Source of the DNA: Raillietiella orientalis
Lineage: Eukaryota
NCBI GenBank assembly: GCA_036172245.1
Contig: JAYWIR010000004.1
Span: 2,046,001-2,110,000, forward strand
DNA length: 64,000 nt
Direction: 5' to 3'
Within the stretch, counting starts at the first letter, position 1. Each line of letters begins with the position of its first letter. A program made the translations under genes and the position numbers. Below, piece after piece: positions 1 to 13,477 of the stretch. The notes below the pieces were generated by a model, which saw only the letters and a program-made list of their open reading frames with translations, did not search any database and was not told the origin of the DNA.

Positions 1-3000
1 ATCAATAATAGACGCTGCCTGGCCTTACGAGTGTTCCAAGAAAGCACTAGAAGAAGCCGGATTAAGGAAGAAGAACGAATGCAGAGGATTGGTTCTCCAT
101 TTTGCTGACAAAAGAGTGAGAAACCAAGATAGTAGCAGCATCCCTCAGAACAATCATCGTAGGATCTCTAGGATCCGTCAAACAACGAAGTGCTAAGAGA
201 ACTGAGTATCCCTAAGCGATGGGTGGAACAGGAAGGAAATGTTTGTACCCAAGCATGGCTGCTCCAGGGAGATGCATCTGGAAGCGCAGGCTGAAGGCAT
301 CGCCATCGATGGAGGGACCCTCTCTAGACCACAGCCTTGGGTGGAGGATGCAGCGGTGAGGGCAGCGGAATAGCGAATGTGACGGAGAACCCCCTGGGCT
401 TCAGTTGCACCCTCCCCTGGCACATCATTTGTAGAACGCAAGGCACGAATCCATCATTCTTTCTCATGTTGCTTTCTTTCACCATGCAGACCTCGTGTAG
501 CCCTCCATTCGAGTGCCATCGTCAGCGAGAAAGCTGCTTTTGCCCCGCCTCAGAAAGCAGAAGGCCTGAGGCTTCTGCAAGATCGGCTGCTGATTCTTCG
601 ATTTCGCCAAATGAATTCCTCCTAAATGGTGTTTAAGTGCTCAGAAGGAACGGAGCCACCGAGCGCACCGAATGATTGCTATTAAACGAGTGTACGCCTC
701 TCCTTAGATCTTTAAGCAACAATCCGAGAACAGTTGGGAAGTCTCGTGTACACCCACTTGTCTGCATCAGCACACATCTCGAGAAAGGAGCACAAGAACG
801 ATAAATGCTACCAGCAAAAATGTCAGGGCGCGATTCGCTAGACTGGGTCATAGCAAGAGACTCCTCTGCCATTCTTCGGTTACATATACGCTCCAGGATA
901 ATTCCGAACTCTGAACTCCGTGGACAACTATTCAAACGCATTTCTTGCATGCCGTCATACACAGACTTTACTTTCACCCTCATGTATATGCATATATACT
1001 TGGTGTGTGTATGCGTGTTGTACAATTGCTGCTTATTTATGTGCTCCAACATCCGCCTCAGGTTACCAGAACGGAAATCGAAACGAAGCAAAAAGGCTTT
1101 GTGTATTGTGCTTCGCACACTGTCAATGTCAGTATCCGTACTCAGCCTCCTCTGTTAATTCTCTACTTCTTCCTCTATTCGCTTTCTGCTTTGCTATGTG
1201 ATGCAGCCGCATTTCAGCAACTCTTCCGCTGCCACAAAGAACGGATAGGTTCCAAGAGCAGGCAAAATGGTGCCTCCTGTTGCTGCAAGCTGCAAGTAAC
1301 TCAGAACAGTGATGATGCCCACACTGCTAACTGCATTGTCCCGTACCCTGCCGTTGTATGACACAGACAGATAGCTCTGACTCCAGCTCACGTTTAACCA
1401 AGATTTCATGCACAAAAAAAGAGGAGGGGGGGGGGGAATCTCCTCTTCACGCTGCTTTTTACTAAAGAGTTTCCGTGCAAGGAAATCTTCCGACAGTGTG
1501 GTTAGGTTGGCTCCCCGAACAAGACGATCACGTGCACTTCCCACCGGAGCTCACGGGCAGGGTTGCAGTCTCGATTCAACTAGTAAGTGACTCGTCTCAC
1601 ACTTTATGACAGTTGGAGGGAATGGCATTGATGTGCTCTCTCTGAACTCTTGGATAAAGAAGCTTGGTGTTTGTGATGTTCTGTCCAAGAAAACATTTGT
1701 CGAGCTTCGCATCTGTCTGTGTTGAAAGACTACTTTTGTGAGGTTCTCCACTTTTTTCCACCACTCAGAACAGTGAGAGGGAGAACATTGGGGATGCAGA
1801 ACATAGGCGTAGAGGTTTCTCGGAATCCTTAATGAGTCGGTATACCGGCATTTCCCCTAAGGACTTCGAGAGAAAGCGGGGGATTAGGTGATTCTCTGTG
1901 CTTGCTCTCTTTCCTATAAGACGACTACGGTCTTGATCTTCGTTCCCCCAATATTTGAAGCGTAAAAAAAACAAAAAAAAAACCCAAAAAAAGCAAAAGA
2001 AAGCTGAAGAGTTCAAGAGAAATTTACTGTGAAATAAAGGATGGTTTTCCGGAGCAACGGTCACCATGAAATCGAGTTTTTTAAGAACCGATCTGGCTTC
2101 CATGGGAAACGAGCACGGGAGAATCGGCGATGATTCTTCGAGCTCACAAATCGACGCCTCCCTTTCATTCACAGGTCCACCGTCAATCCCCTCACTACTC
2201 TGACTTATCGGTGCTTCCCGACAACAGGTGCGAAACATCAGAATGCCACGTTATGCTCTGCGGAGCGTCCAAGGTGTTTCATTCCCAAACAGGTGATTCT
2301 TTCAGAAGCTGATTCTGCGGCACGCACGCCGGGCGGACAATCCTTGACAAATCTTTGCACCTTTTCGCGGTGATTTCGAGCGGGGAGAGTGAATTTTCCC
2401 TCGAAAAGTCCGGACTTTGTGAAACAAACAAAAAAGAGGCGTCTGGTTTCACGGCTGGAGAGAAAGTGAACCCGAGGCAGTTACACCCTACTTTCTAAGC
2501 GTAGCTGAAGATAAAAGGACGGTCCGAAAGTATCCGAGGAAAAGCCGAGTTCTTTTTTCTTCTTTTTGTCTTTTGCGTGTTTGTCTGCTGGTTTTTTGTA
2601 AGCTGAGCACAGTAAAGGGGTGCTGGACTTCCTTTGGAAGACGTTTGAGTACTTTCGCTGATAAATGACACGAACTACTCGAGAATTCTGCTATCCTTTT
2701 CACCTGGAGACCACGATCGTGTCCTCCTTTCCTCTATTGCGGATAAGTACGACACGTATCGTTGCGATGTGACTGTGGCTTCTGACTGAACAGGGATGGC
2801 AAAGACACCAAACACAGATGCGCAAGCCGACGCAGCAGCGTGTTTGCAGTTGGTGTCGCTCATGAAGTCGTCTCCGCTGTTTCTCGATGTCGTCCGAAGG
2901 AAGCAATCCTTATGGCTGACTGTGAGAACACCCAGAGCTTCGCAACAGCGCATTCTTTTATATCGGTTGAAGTGCAGGACCTTTGGTTTTTCCGCTGCAG

Positions 3001-6000
3001 GTCACTTTTGCACAGCACGTGAACCGACGACTTTACTAGCGCCAAAAGGTTCACCGCGAAGTGCGGCTAGTGGTCATCGAGATGCTGGCGAAGTTTTCGT
3101 GAAGAGCTAATCTGGCGCATGGCGAAGCCTGCTTCCTGCTCCACTGCGTCCGTTCTCGTTTTCCTTTTCCCGGAAAAAAGTCTTTCGCGTAATGAGCGAA
3201 ACTTTTGCTGTCGCATGGGTGATCGATCTTTTCGCAGCTGCTGCCATCAGCAGCATACCACCACGGGGCTCCCACGGCTCCGGACGTTTCACTCCATCTG
3301 CGAGCATCCCTCCATGGAGCGATGCTTGCAGATAAGCCGCATGCAAACCGCATGCAGGTGCATGCCGCAAGCTGAACGTGCGCTGCAAGGCACTGAGGCG
3401 AGGAGCTTCCGCGTTCGTGCCAGGCGAAACGACCGCAGAACCAGGCGGAACTCCTGCTTCGCCCTCTCGCAGCCTGGTTCTGCAGGCGTCGCTTGGCAGT
3501 CGGGAGCCTGTCGAGTGACCATACAAGGATCGAAAGTCCACTTTTTCGTGGCTGGCCGTGGCTAGCCGAGCAGGGTTCATTGGCACGCGGGCCAGATTGC
3601 GTCTCGAGGTGAAGGGAAAAGCAAGCAAGGAGTGCTAGCGCTCTAGGCCATGAACTAAGCGGAGTAAGGTTGTGTGTGCGTGGGTGGTGAGGAAAGAGAG
3701 GGCAGAGAGAGAGAGAGAGAGAAGCCGGATGGTGTGTGCTTGAGTGCTGCTATGAGAGAGGAAACCACCACCTCTTTTTGAAGGAAGGAAGCCACACGAA
3801 GAAGGCGTGCGTTTCCTCATACGAGGCAACAGAAACGCGTGCATGTGCGCGTGAGTCCATCTCATGTTTGGACTGCTTGCGAAGACAGCAGTTTGAGGTC
3901 GAACGTGAGTGGAAGCCGAAGACCAGCCGAAGCCGAATGTGAGGTCTAAGCATTCACAAAATGCAAAAGAGTGAGGAAAGAAAAAGTGGATCACGTGGTC
4001 GTCCAAGCTACCACCCTCTTTGGCGTTCCCGGCCTGCCTCCTTCGAAGTCTCGCATCGCTCGAAGAACAGACGAACAGAGAAGGAAACGAAAAAATCTCA
4101 TCCCCGTTTCCTTTGTTTGCTTTCCTCTTCATTGAGAATCACTGCTGCAGTAGTCAACTGCAATCGTGTACTTCATGTCTTCTCTTTGTTTGCACCCGAA
4201 CTGTGGTGTGCCAGAAACTGCTGCCTGCCTGTTCTTCACGGAGTCTGAAGAATTTTCCTCTCTTATGGGAGCGATGTCGTGATGGAAACGGCACTGAAAT
4301 CCTTGTCAGCACGATCAGTTCTCCCTCTGCACCCACTTGTCACCCTTCGTTATGAAGCGTTCGTTTCTAAAAATCCAGAAAGCGATTTAAGAAAAAGTTT
4401 CCTGGGTCCTGCCGTTACCTAGAGAGCCGAATCGAAAAGGGGGAGGAAGGGAGGAGAAAAATCTGGATTTTCCGTTTTAGGTTATTCATAACTTCGCGTC
4501 CACCACAGTCAGCTAATGGACTCTGCTTGTCCCGTTACACTTGGGGACCTTTGATCTTTTTATTGTTTTTTTCTTTCTCGCTCCTCTTTTTCAGAGGCCA
4601 TTTGTTCCTCAACCTTGTCCGTAACAGGATCTAGGCAGTGAGCTGCGAACATCTCAGCTTGGATTTTTTTTTTCGTATTCCAAATGCTTCTAATTTACAG
4701 ACATGTCTTCCTCATTCCTATGTAATGACCCGAAAGGTCTGTTTTCCCTCTTTTCTTTTTTTTTTTCGCTCCCAATGCTATTTCTGAGAGTGGAAGGGAT
4801 TCTCGCAACAGGGTGCTGACGCTCGCTGACGCTTTTGCGCACGAATCACACGGGTTGTTGTCGCGCTCTTTTTTTTTTCTGATGACGTTGTTCGATACTC
4901 CCCACGAGCTGCCATGGCGCAAAAGGGGAGTCGCAAATGTGCTTCCTCCCTTTTTCGCTTTTTTGTTCTGGCGCGTCTTCCCCCCCACTTCGGCGGGGCG
5001 TTTGTTCTGGTTGCTTGGACATCGCCCATTCTCAAGTATCCGCCGTACGTAATCAAGGCGAGATGTGTTCTCCAGAGCGAGCTCCTTGGTAAGAACAGAG
5101 GAGGAGGACCAGCGCACACAAGGCACGCGACACGCTTGCGTGCTTCCTCGCAGCCATAGCAACGCGCGTCTCGTGAGCGAGGACGGCTCGATGTGCAGGC
5201 AGCTTTTCCTGCAAAGCACGTCCAGTGAATGTCACCTCAGCGGACCTCATGTGTGTGTTCGGTGAATTAGGTCGGTGACGACCGACGGATCCGTGTTGGC
5301 GCGAGGAATCGGCGCGTTACCGGGCAGTCAAGGAGATCGTCATCGGACGCCGCGGGAACGATCAGTCTCTCGGCATGCCATCCGAGCTGCTGGACCTTTC
5401 CGCACTTCGAAGCTGTCCGAGGTGTTCCGGGTTTCTTCCGGGGGAGGGGGGGGGGGAAACGATCGGGACCCGGAGCCATTCGGAGACGGCGGAAGCGCAC
5501 TTCCTGTGCGACTCCTCCAACGCGGCGGCTGCCTTCGCGTGGCGCGCACTCTTCGCGTTCGTTGCGGTTGAGGCCGTGGTGGGGAGTGGGTGACACCGCC
5601 CGGGACCTCTTTCCGAGCGACGGCGGCCCCGGGAGCAACGCGCCTGCGTTTGCTTCGCCTTTCCTCCGCCGTCCGTCGGAACGCGTCGCTCCCCGCCTCG
5701 AGCGCCGTGCGCCGGGTACTCAATACAGCACAGTCGTCAAAGACTCGCGGGTGCCATCTATCCCGTCTATTATTATCCCGGTCGGGGGAAGAAAACGGCG
5801 CTCTTGCCTCTGCTCCCGAACGTGGGGTTTGGTTGGTTAGGGTCGTGCAGGCTTTCCTCCGGCGGCGGGAAGGGCGGGGGACACGCCGACAGTAGGGAGA
5901 GGGAAGCAGCAGACAGGGTTCCTGCGCTCTTGGACGCAGCGCTAGTTCACTCACTGCGTCGAAGTTTCGTTTCCTGGAGAATCGCAATATCCCGCCTCCC

Positions 6001-7398
6001 TCCCTCTGTTTCCCGTGTGGCAGTTTTTTTTTTTTTTTTGCAGACATCGTTCCAGAGATCGCTCACGTCGTCATTCGTGATGGGAGCATTCGTTCTAACG
6101 TGGAAGCCCCAGCATGCACACCCCGCGGACCATTCAAGATAGTCTGGTCGCAGGCACGGTGGGTCTCGTCGGGAGCTAGACCGAAGGAAACAAATCTTTC
6201 CCCGAGACATTACCCCCTTTCACGCCCACCCGCCCCTTCCCTTCCTCCTCCCCTCTCTTTCCAATAGAGCTCTTAAAAGTTTCGTTGTGATGGCTGCATT
6301 GCGTCGTTGCGTGGGCGGTTCCATCCGGTGGGTGCGCGGCAGCAACGGTGCTTTACCCACTCCCTGCCTTCCCCGGCGCCGCCGTTCCAGCCCCCTCTCG
6401 CTCCAGAGCATTCCACCTCCGGGTCTGCTTACGGGGGTTGAGCCGCCCAAAGGAGACCATGCGTCCCCAGGCAGCATCCTCTGTGAGACGAAAATCCAGC
6501 CCTCGCACCACCGACCACGTGGGAGGGAGGTTCGCGGGGGGACGCAGCGCTCCTCCTGGGACACCTTCTGCGTGGCGGCTGGCAGCTCCCGAGCAGGGAA
6601 GCCGCTCAGGAGGAAGGAATCTCCGGGACGCTCAGGAAAGGCCATCAACCTCCGAGGCAGCGTGCGCCAGGAAGCGGCGCCAGAGGGGCGACCTCGCGCC
6701 GAAACGTCCTTGAACTCGAGAGGCGTTTCCAGCCCCAAGCGCGGAGGAAGAAAGGAACTTTCCGGGAGACGGGGGAGTGGGACGCCGCTGCTGAGGCGGA
6801 GGCACAGCAGGGCTTCCCGTAGTCCTCCACGAGCCTCGTCCTTCCGCTGCCCCCTGCCTGGCAACGGCGGCCAGGGTTGCCACACGGAGGTGCCCCTCCA
6901 TCCTCCCGGTCGGCCACGCCAGGAAGATTCCCAGCACGGAACATGAGCTCTTCCTCTGGAGAAACCGGAGCCGCCTCTTCATTCCCGGAGCGTTCCCGAT
7001 GCTCGTCGCGCCCTGCAAGCCCCCATGTTATGCCAGGAAAGAAAAAAGAAAAAGACGAATAATAAGGAAAAGATCTCCTCCGAGTGACCATTGGAATAAG
7101 GAAGACATGGGCGGTGGCCTTCTCCTTCTCTTCTGCGCAGGGAGAGGAAGGAAGGATGGGAAGAACCGCTTTAAGAGCAAAAGCAGAAGAGTGAGGAAGG
7201 GTTTCTTGGGCGGTTGGAGCAGTGGCGGCAGACCTACTCCAGGAAGAGGGAGGAAGAAGGGGGAGCGGGGGCAGCAGACACACCGACCAGAACGGGAGGA
7301 GCCAAGAGACGGGGGTGGAGGAGAAAATCGTCGCGTCGATCCGCGTGGGGAGACGGCGGCGGCGCTTCGTCGGACAGTCGTCACGGCGACGGCGGCGA

Positions 7399-9186
7399 TC
7401 ACAAGGGGTGGTGCTTCAGGGAACGCATCACCTGCCTCACGTACTTTTCGGGCACGTTGCTCGCTCTAGGAAGAAAGGAAGGGAGGGGGGGTAGAGCGGT
7501 CCAGCTCTCTCTCTCTCTCCCCCCCCCCCGTTCATGGGGGCCCGCGCACTCACCTCATCTCTTCCAGGTGCCGCTGTTGCGCGAGCCTCACGCGCTGCTC
7601 GTGCTGCTCCTCCGCGGTCTGCTGCCTCTGCCTATCCAGAAGGTTCTCGAAGCGCTCGGCGGCTCGACGCCTCTCTTTCTCGTCGATCATGAGGAGCAGC
7701 TGTTCCTTGTACTCCTGCCGCTTTTCCTTCCGCCGGGAGACCTCCTGGTGCTCCTTCTCCTCCTCCTCCAGGCGTCGGGCCAGAAGCCGGAGGGACTCCT
7801 CCCGCTGCCGGGAGGCTTCCTCCCGGATCTGGGCGCTGCGCTCCAGGAGCTGTGACTCCCTGCATCTCTTGATCGCTTCCATCGTCTGGGCGTGGTGCCT
7901 CGCCTGCATCGCCTCCCTGAGGCGCCACTCCCTCTCCGATCTTTCCTGCTCCCGAAGCAGCTTCAGCTCCATCTCCTCGCAATGCGCCTCGCGCTGCTTC
8001 CGCTGGGTCTCCCAGACCTCCATGGACGCGCGCTCCTTCGCCCTCCGCGCTGCTTCGCGCTTCCTCTCCAGCTCCTCCTCCTCCTCGGCTTTCGCCTTCA
8101 TGAACCTCATGATCTGAGGAGAGTTCGCCCGCTCCAGGTAGCCCCTCGCTCCCTCGGAAAGCCTGACCTCCTCGTCCGTGAGCCTTTCCAGCCTCTTCTC
8201 CTCCTCTTTCCTCTGCAGATGCTCCTGCTGCTCTCGCAGTAAGGCGGTCTGCATCTCGAACTTTGCTCTTTCCTTCTCGGACGCCCGCCGCATCTCCTCC
8301 TCGATGAGCAGCTCGTTCCTCTTCCGGATGAGCTCAGCTTCCTTGGACCGTTGCCCCGGGTTCCCTGGCGAATCCGACTCACTTGCAGCTGCAGCTCTCC
8401 CTGGACAAGCATCTGACGATTCCTCTCCTCTATCTGCTGCATCAGCTCTTGCTCCCCGCGTTTCCTGAGTCCCTCTGCCCTTCTCTTTTCTTCTTCCATA
8501 TTCTCGATCGCCTTTTCTCTTTCAGCGGCCATCATCTGGTCAAGCCGTTCGTCCTCTTCTTTGGTTTGCTTCTCTATCAGTTTCTTCTCCAGCAGCTGGG
8601 CATCGCGAATGGCGTAGCACTTCGCGGCAAGTATGAGTTTCTTGGTCTTGATGATCTCCTGGTCCCGGTCCTGATTTATCAGCGAGGCTCGTTCCCTCAT
8701 GGCTTTCTCTTGCTGATGCATGGGGAACGCTGCACGCTTCGACTGCGAGGAAGAAGCTCACCACCAGCTTTTCCTTCTCGAATTCCGAAGCCCTCTTGTG
8801 ATCCGTGCGCTTGGAATCGATCATCCTGAATTTTTCCTTCCTCTCCTGGCTCTCCTCTTGAGCTTTCCTCAGCTCTTTCAGCTTGCTTTCCTTCTCGGCC
8901 ACGTCCAAGCCCTGACCATCGAAAAGAACATCATCCCTGATACCCACGGAGAACTACAAACAGTTACCTTGAGCCTCGCTCTGATCTCCTCGATTTCTGC
9001 AGCCGACAAGACAAGTTTGCTCTGTTCGTCCTTCAGTACTTTCGCAATGCGCGCGTGACCCGACCTCTCTAATTTCTGCATCGTGCTCTTGTCGCCCACG
9101 AGTCTGCAGAGATAAAAGCATCAATAGCGTCTTGAACGATCGCACATGAACAAAGTGCCGGTATCGATCCCCCGTCCGCGATTCAT
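7399..9186 (-). CDS. CFAP45: Cilia- and flagella-associated protein 45 (CCDC19 family), coiled-coil axonemal protein
   Basis: Spliced model: 9103-8968, 8911-8762, 8712-8383, 8341-7554, 7465-7399, plus a tentative first exon from ATG 9186. GT-AG introns of 41-88 nt keep the frame. Contains EIIKTKKLILAAKCYAIRDAQLLEKK..EEDERLDQMM and C-terminal RASNVPEKY, both characteristic of CFAP45. The start codon is uncertain. Confidence 0.85.
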
Positions 9187-11026
9187 TCCACTTGATCAGA
9201 AAAAAAAAGCAAGTACAAAACAACAGCAACAACAACTGAAGCAACCTTGACGTTGAGGTGCGTACGGAACTTTGCAGTTCTTCCGTACATTTTCCAAAAG
9301 CGCAATGACAAAGGCGGAACAAAGGGGGACATGATTTTTGCACCGCTCGGGAATGTAACGGTAAATACGTGCCTCCGCATGACCACCCCCCCTCAAACAC
9401 ACAGGATATTCCAATGATACCTCACTCGACAATCGAAAAGTCAACTCTGTTGTGAAAGCAGCTGACCAGTGTTACATACACATTTCTCCGAACGGGATTT
9501 TCTCTAATGCTTGCCACCAACGAAATGGGCGTGACCTACGCAAAAACGTGTGTGTACACACATATAGATCCTATTCGAAATTACACGATATCGACGTGTA
9601 CGCACATTATGTTTGGAATGCTCGTGAATTCCTATTTATTATTTTCATGCATAGCATGCGTGTACTCAGTTGAACTCCATCGAAAATCGAATACCATATA
9701 TACGTACGTTTTGAATAATGTACTTAATTGATCTGCTATTCTCTAATCAAATATATTTGCTTCACTGCATTCTGCGTAACCTTTGTAATTGCACATGAGG
9801 AATGTACAGCTACAGGGGTAAACATCTCGATACACGTACATAAAAACGCAGTATACAGATCAGTGATGGCATGAAAACCATCGCTAGTGAAATCACTGAT
9901 GTAAAAGGGCTACTAAAATTACTCCCATGATGCAAGACACATTTTATTTTTGGCAAAATATTTTTTCCTCTTGTTCTGTCGTATTTCGAAAAAAAAAAGA
10001 GGAATGTTTTGCTTTTTCCTTTCGAATGAATGGGCATAGATAAGCATGTATCAGTTTGTTTCCTTTGTTTGTTTGTTACTAATGAATAAACCTGCGAATC
10101 GGAATGGGGGGGGAGGGGGAATGATAATAATAATAATAAATATCTGCGTAGATTTGTGCCACACTATTTCACAGGTTTTCGCATTTTTCTTTGTGCGCTG
10201 ATGCTGGTAATCTGCTGTTGATCATCACGCATTCAAAAGATACTGCTGTTTATCAGCTGATTAGGATTCGTAATTAATTTTTCGACCGTTTCAGTAAACG
10301 GCAGTGGTAGGACTGAGGCAGGGGGGGAGGAGGAGGGGGATAGCTCAGCTTAATGAAGTGTGCAACTCACGTAATGTGATATAAATAAGCAGGCGGAAGA
10401 CGCAATACTGTGGAGCTACGTATATCGAACTTTTTTTTTTTTTTTTTTTTGTATCCCGATTGGGCGGTGATTTGCAAGACGGACTGTTACTCGTTCCGGA
10501 AATCGAACTGTAGGGATTTATAGGCAGCCGGCCGCCTGACAGCCCGTCTGCCTCGAAAGGGTTGCTGCTTCCTTCTCTCTCGTCACGGTGAGGCGACCGC
10601 AACGATCTTTTTCGATTACTTTTGGAAAAAATCGCATCTCCTCTCTCAGGAGGATCCACGCAGCCTGGTGAACCCAGCAGCATTCTGTGTACGTGCCCAA
10701 GATGCAATTAGTGACAGTTGCATTCAAGAGTGTACTCGAGAGAGGGTCCCGCAAGCGCGCACACGTAGCTGGATGTTCGAAAAAGCTGCGTGTTCCTTCA
10801 TCAGGAGGGAAAAACTTCGAGATAACCACTGTTTCTGAGAGCGCAGGGCTTCAAAAAATTTCTTTAGGAAAAACATGCATCATTGCGCAAACTGTTCGCA
10901 AATCAACTCACTTGTACGATTGCCGAGGTTCTGCTTACAATTTCAACAAGTCAGTAATTCATTCTCCCAGTTACTAATTATTCATGCACATAAATGAGCA
11001 ATGAAACACAAGCGCAATTTCATAAT

Positions 11027-11051
11027 AAATAATAATAATAATAATAATAAT
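11027..11051. repeat. (AAT)n microsatellite
   Basis: About 8 tandem AAT units seen directly. Confidence 0.9.
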
Positions 11052-11342
11052 AAAAGGAAGGAAAAAAAAACGGGATTTCGAGAAACACAGAATTCCTGCG
11101 TGTCCAATGTGTACAAGCTTTCCGCGTGCAAGCTTGGTTTTTCAACACCAGTAACTATGGGTGGAGCAAGCACAAAGGAAACCAATGGCAGACCAGTTCT
11201 GCTATCTGATTCGCGTTGTCAACAAAGCCATGCGCCTTACAGCTGACTCGCTCCGATATAAAAACACAAGAATTGTGGCGAAAAATACGCAGCAACCTGC
11301 GCAATCGGCAAGCGTGCGTTGCGGTGCAGGTGGATTCCGTAA

Positions 11343-13477
11343 ATGCCTTTCATAAGCAAAGATTGGCGGTCACCCGGAGAAAAATGGATCAAGACAAAGG
11401 AAGGATGGGAAAACTCGAAAATTTTGGAATGCACGAGGATCTGCCCTGCCACCAGCATCATCATAGACGACTGTGCTCCCGAAAGCTTCAGGTATGCGAT
11501 TGCGTAAATGGCCAAAAGAATGCTGTTGCTACGTAATGCACACAGCTCTTTGTGTGGCGGGCCTAGTCGAAATGTGTGTACTCTATTTTATCGATGAGCT
11601 TACTGAAGCACCTATTCTGTTAGTTCGGAGAGCAGTGAAAGTGATCAGTTTCCATATTGAATTTTCGCCTCCCTTTGTTTTAGGTGCATACATGAAGATA
11701 ACAGGGAAAGTAAGGAGGATGTGTTCCGCCTGGCAGTCAATCATGGTACGGTATTCGAGTTTTCTTTCCTTCCTTGATCAGATTGTTACCGTGGTATTTC
11801 CTCTTCCATGTGTACGAGTGGAGTACGCACGTATGCGCATGTACTTATTCTGTACGACTTGCACGAAGTGTGCTTGCAAAGTTGCATCTTCTGAAAAAAA
11901 AAAAAAAAAAAAGCCACTGTTAACTTATTTTGGATCTGTAAACTGCTGCCAAAGTTTTGAAGAAAAGCCGAATGCATAAGGCGTACGCATATTTCGGTTA
12001 TGCTGCGTGTATCTCGAGACTCCGAATTGTGGAATGTGTTTTTTTTTTTTTGGATGAGTGCGTTGTTTCCTGCTACTTTCCTCTTTTCGAAAGGGTAGTG
12101 GTAGTCCAGATGCCTCATAATATAAATCATTGGCTTGTTTTCGACTTGTTTCATTACGCAGTTGAACATTTCATTAAGTCATTAAAAATACGTTCCACCA
12201 CCGCAGTGCTCCTGTTTTGCATCAGTTTTATTTATTTTCGAAAACTCTTGGCCCTAAAAGTTGGTTCACCAAGGCCTACTTCATTGGGCACCTTGTCCCC
12301 CCTCTTTCTTGGTTACTTTCAGTAAATGTTTCTCTTTGAGAGCAGTTCCTCGCGACTTCTTCACGGACTGCAAGGCTGTCGAATGTATGCAATATATTTA
12401 GTATTCAACACTATACATGCGTATGTACGTATGTATATGTCGCTCTCTCTGTGTGTATTGTTCTGCGGGTCAAGAAATCATCTCCTACTTGACCCTCTGT
12501 GTTTTTGGCAGATTCTCGTGGCATCCAACCTCACTACCAGTTGAAGAAAGCTGGAAGCAAGGAAGTAAGAATCTCGTTCGGATTTCCATTAGTTGTTGTT
12601 ATTCTTTCCGCAACAGATTGCTGGCTTCAATCGATTTGGTGATGCATGTAAACGGCTGGATTTTCAAAGTGCCGTACGTGACGTACGACGTTTTCAGTAC
12701 GTATGTAAGCTTCTTGATGTGTTAATAAGACGTTATGTTACTGGATTACCGGGTTGCGGACAAAAGTATCTCTTTGCATTATTAGAAACGGTTGCAAGCG
12801 AAGGTAAGCCTCCGTAAAGAGCCCTGAAGTTTCGAATTGATTCAACTTCAGTAAAACAGAGCCACTGTCATTTACATATCTTATACCAATTGCTGCGTGA
12901 GCTGCAAAATACCTTAGATACGTCGGCGTATTGGGGAGGTCTCCTTGGCAGTGTCACAATTTGGAAGCACCATCTGAACACTTTGTCTCGTATTCAGGAG
13001 ATGGTCAGCGCAATAAAGGAAATGCCGGTTGGTAAAATATTTTATGGCAAGACTTGTGTGATGAAACGAACCAACTAGGCTCCTGAAGTTAGAGAGCCCA
13101 CACTGCAGGATCTACCTCATGATTGTCTACGGTCCGTGCTCATGAGACTGTCCGATCCGAAAGATTTGGAAAACATGGGCAAAGCACTTCCAAAACTTGA
13201 GTCAGCATTGCAAGAGGCACGCCTCTGGAAGCAACTTATTCGCTATCACTTCGGCGATGTCCTGATCGAACCTCCTTGGAGATACACCTTCCATTCTCTT
13301 CGAAAGAAACACGGTGGTTTACGCGAAGAGTTTGCGGAGGTGTTACTGTTATGTCCACTGTGCTGCTGTCTGTACTGGGAATCTCTGGGTCACCCGTGTA
13401 TGGTGGTGACCAGTCAAATATCTGTTCAGCCTCGCCGCGTACTTCCCCAAGCATTTGTTACGTACTTCTCCTTGTAA
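11343..13477 (+). CDS. F-box only protein 32/25-like (atrogin-1 family)
   Basis: Exons 11343-11491, 12323-12384, 12512-12564, 12617-12803, 12852-13027, 13079-13477, all GT-AG and in frame. N-terminus [22 protein letters not shown], central [23 protein letters not shown]-box [17 protein letters not shown] and C-terminal [16 protein letters not shown] match FBXO32/FBXO25. Confidence 0.9.

Noticed and set aside
4581..4600. Histone stem-loop-like cctctttttcagagg
   Set aside because: Does not fit the GGYYCTTTTCAGRRCC consensus, and there is no histone CDS upstream.
1..7398. Many overlapping 60-235 aa ORFs on both strands
   Set aside because: No recognisable domain or consistent splice model. Long ORFs are expected in GC-rich sequence, and many run through homopolymers. 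An unrecognised gene cannot be excluded.
7214..8829. Plus-strand Leu/Ser-rich ORFs
   Set aside because: Antisense shadows of the Glu/Arg-rich CFAP45 CDS.
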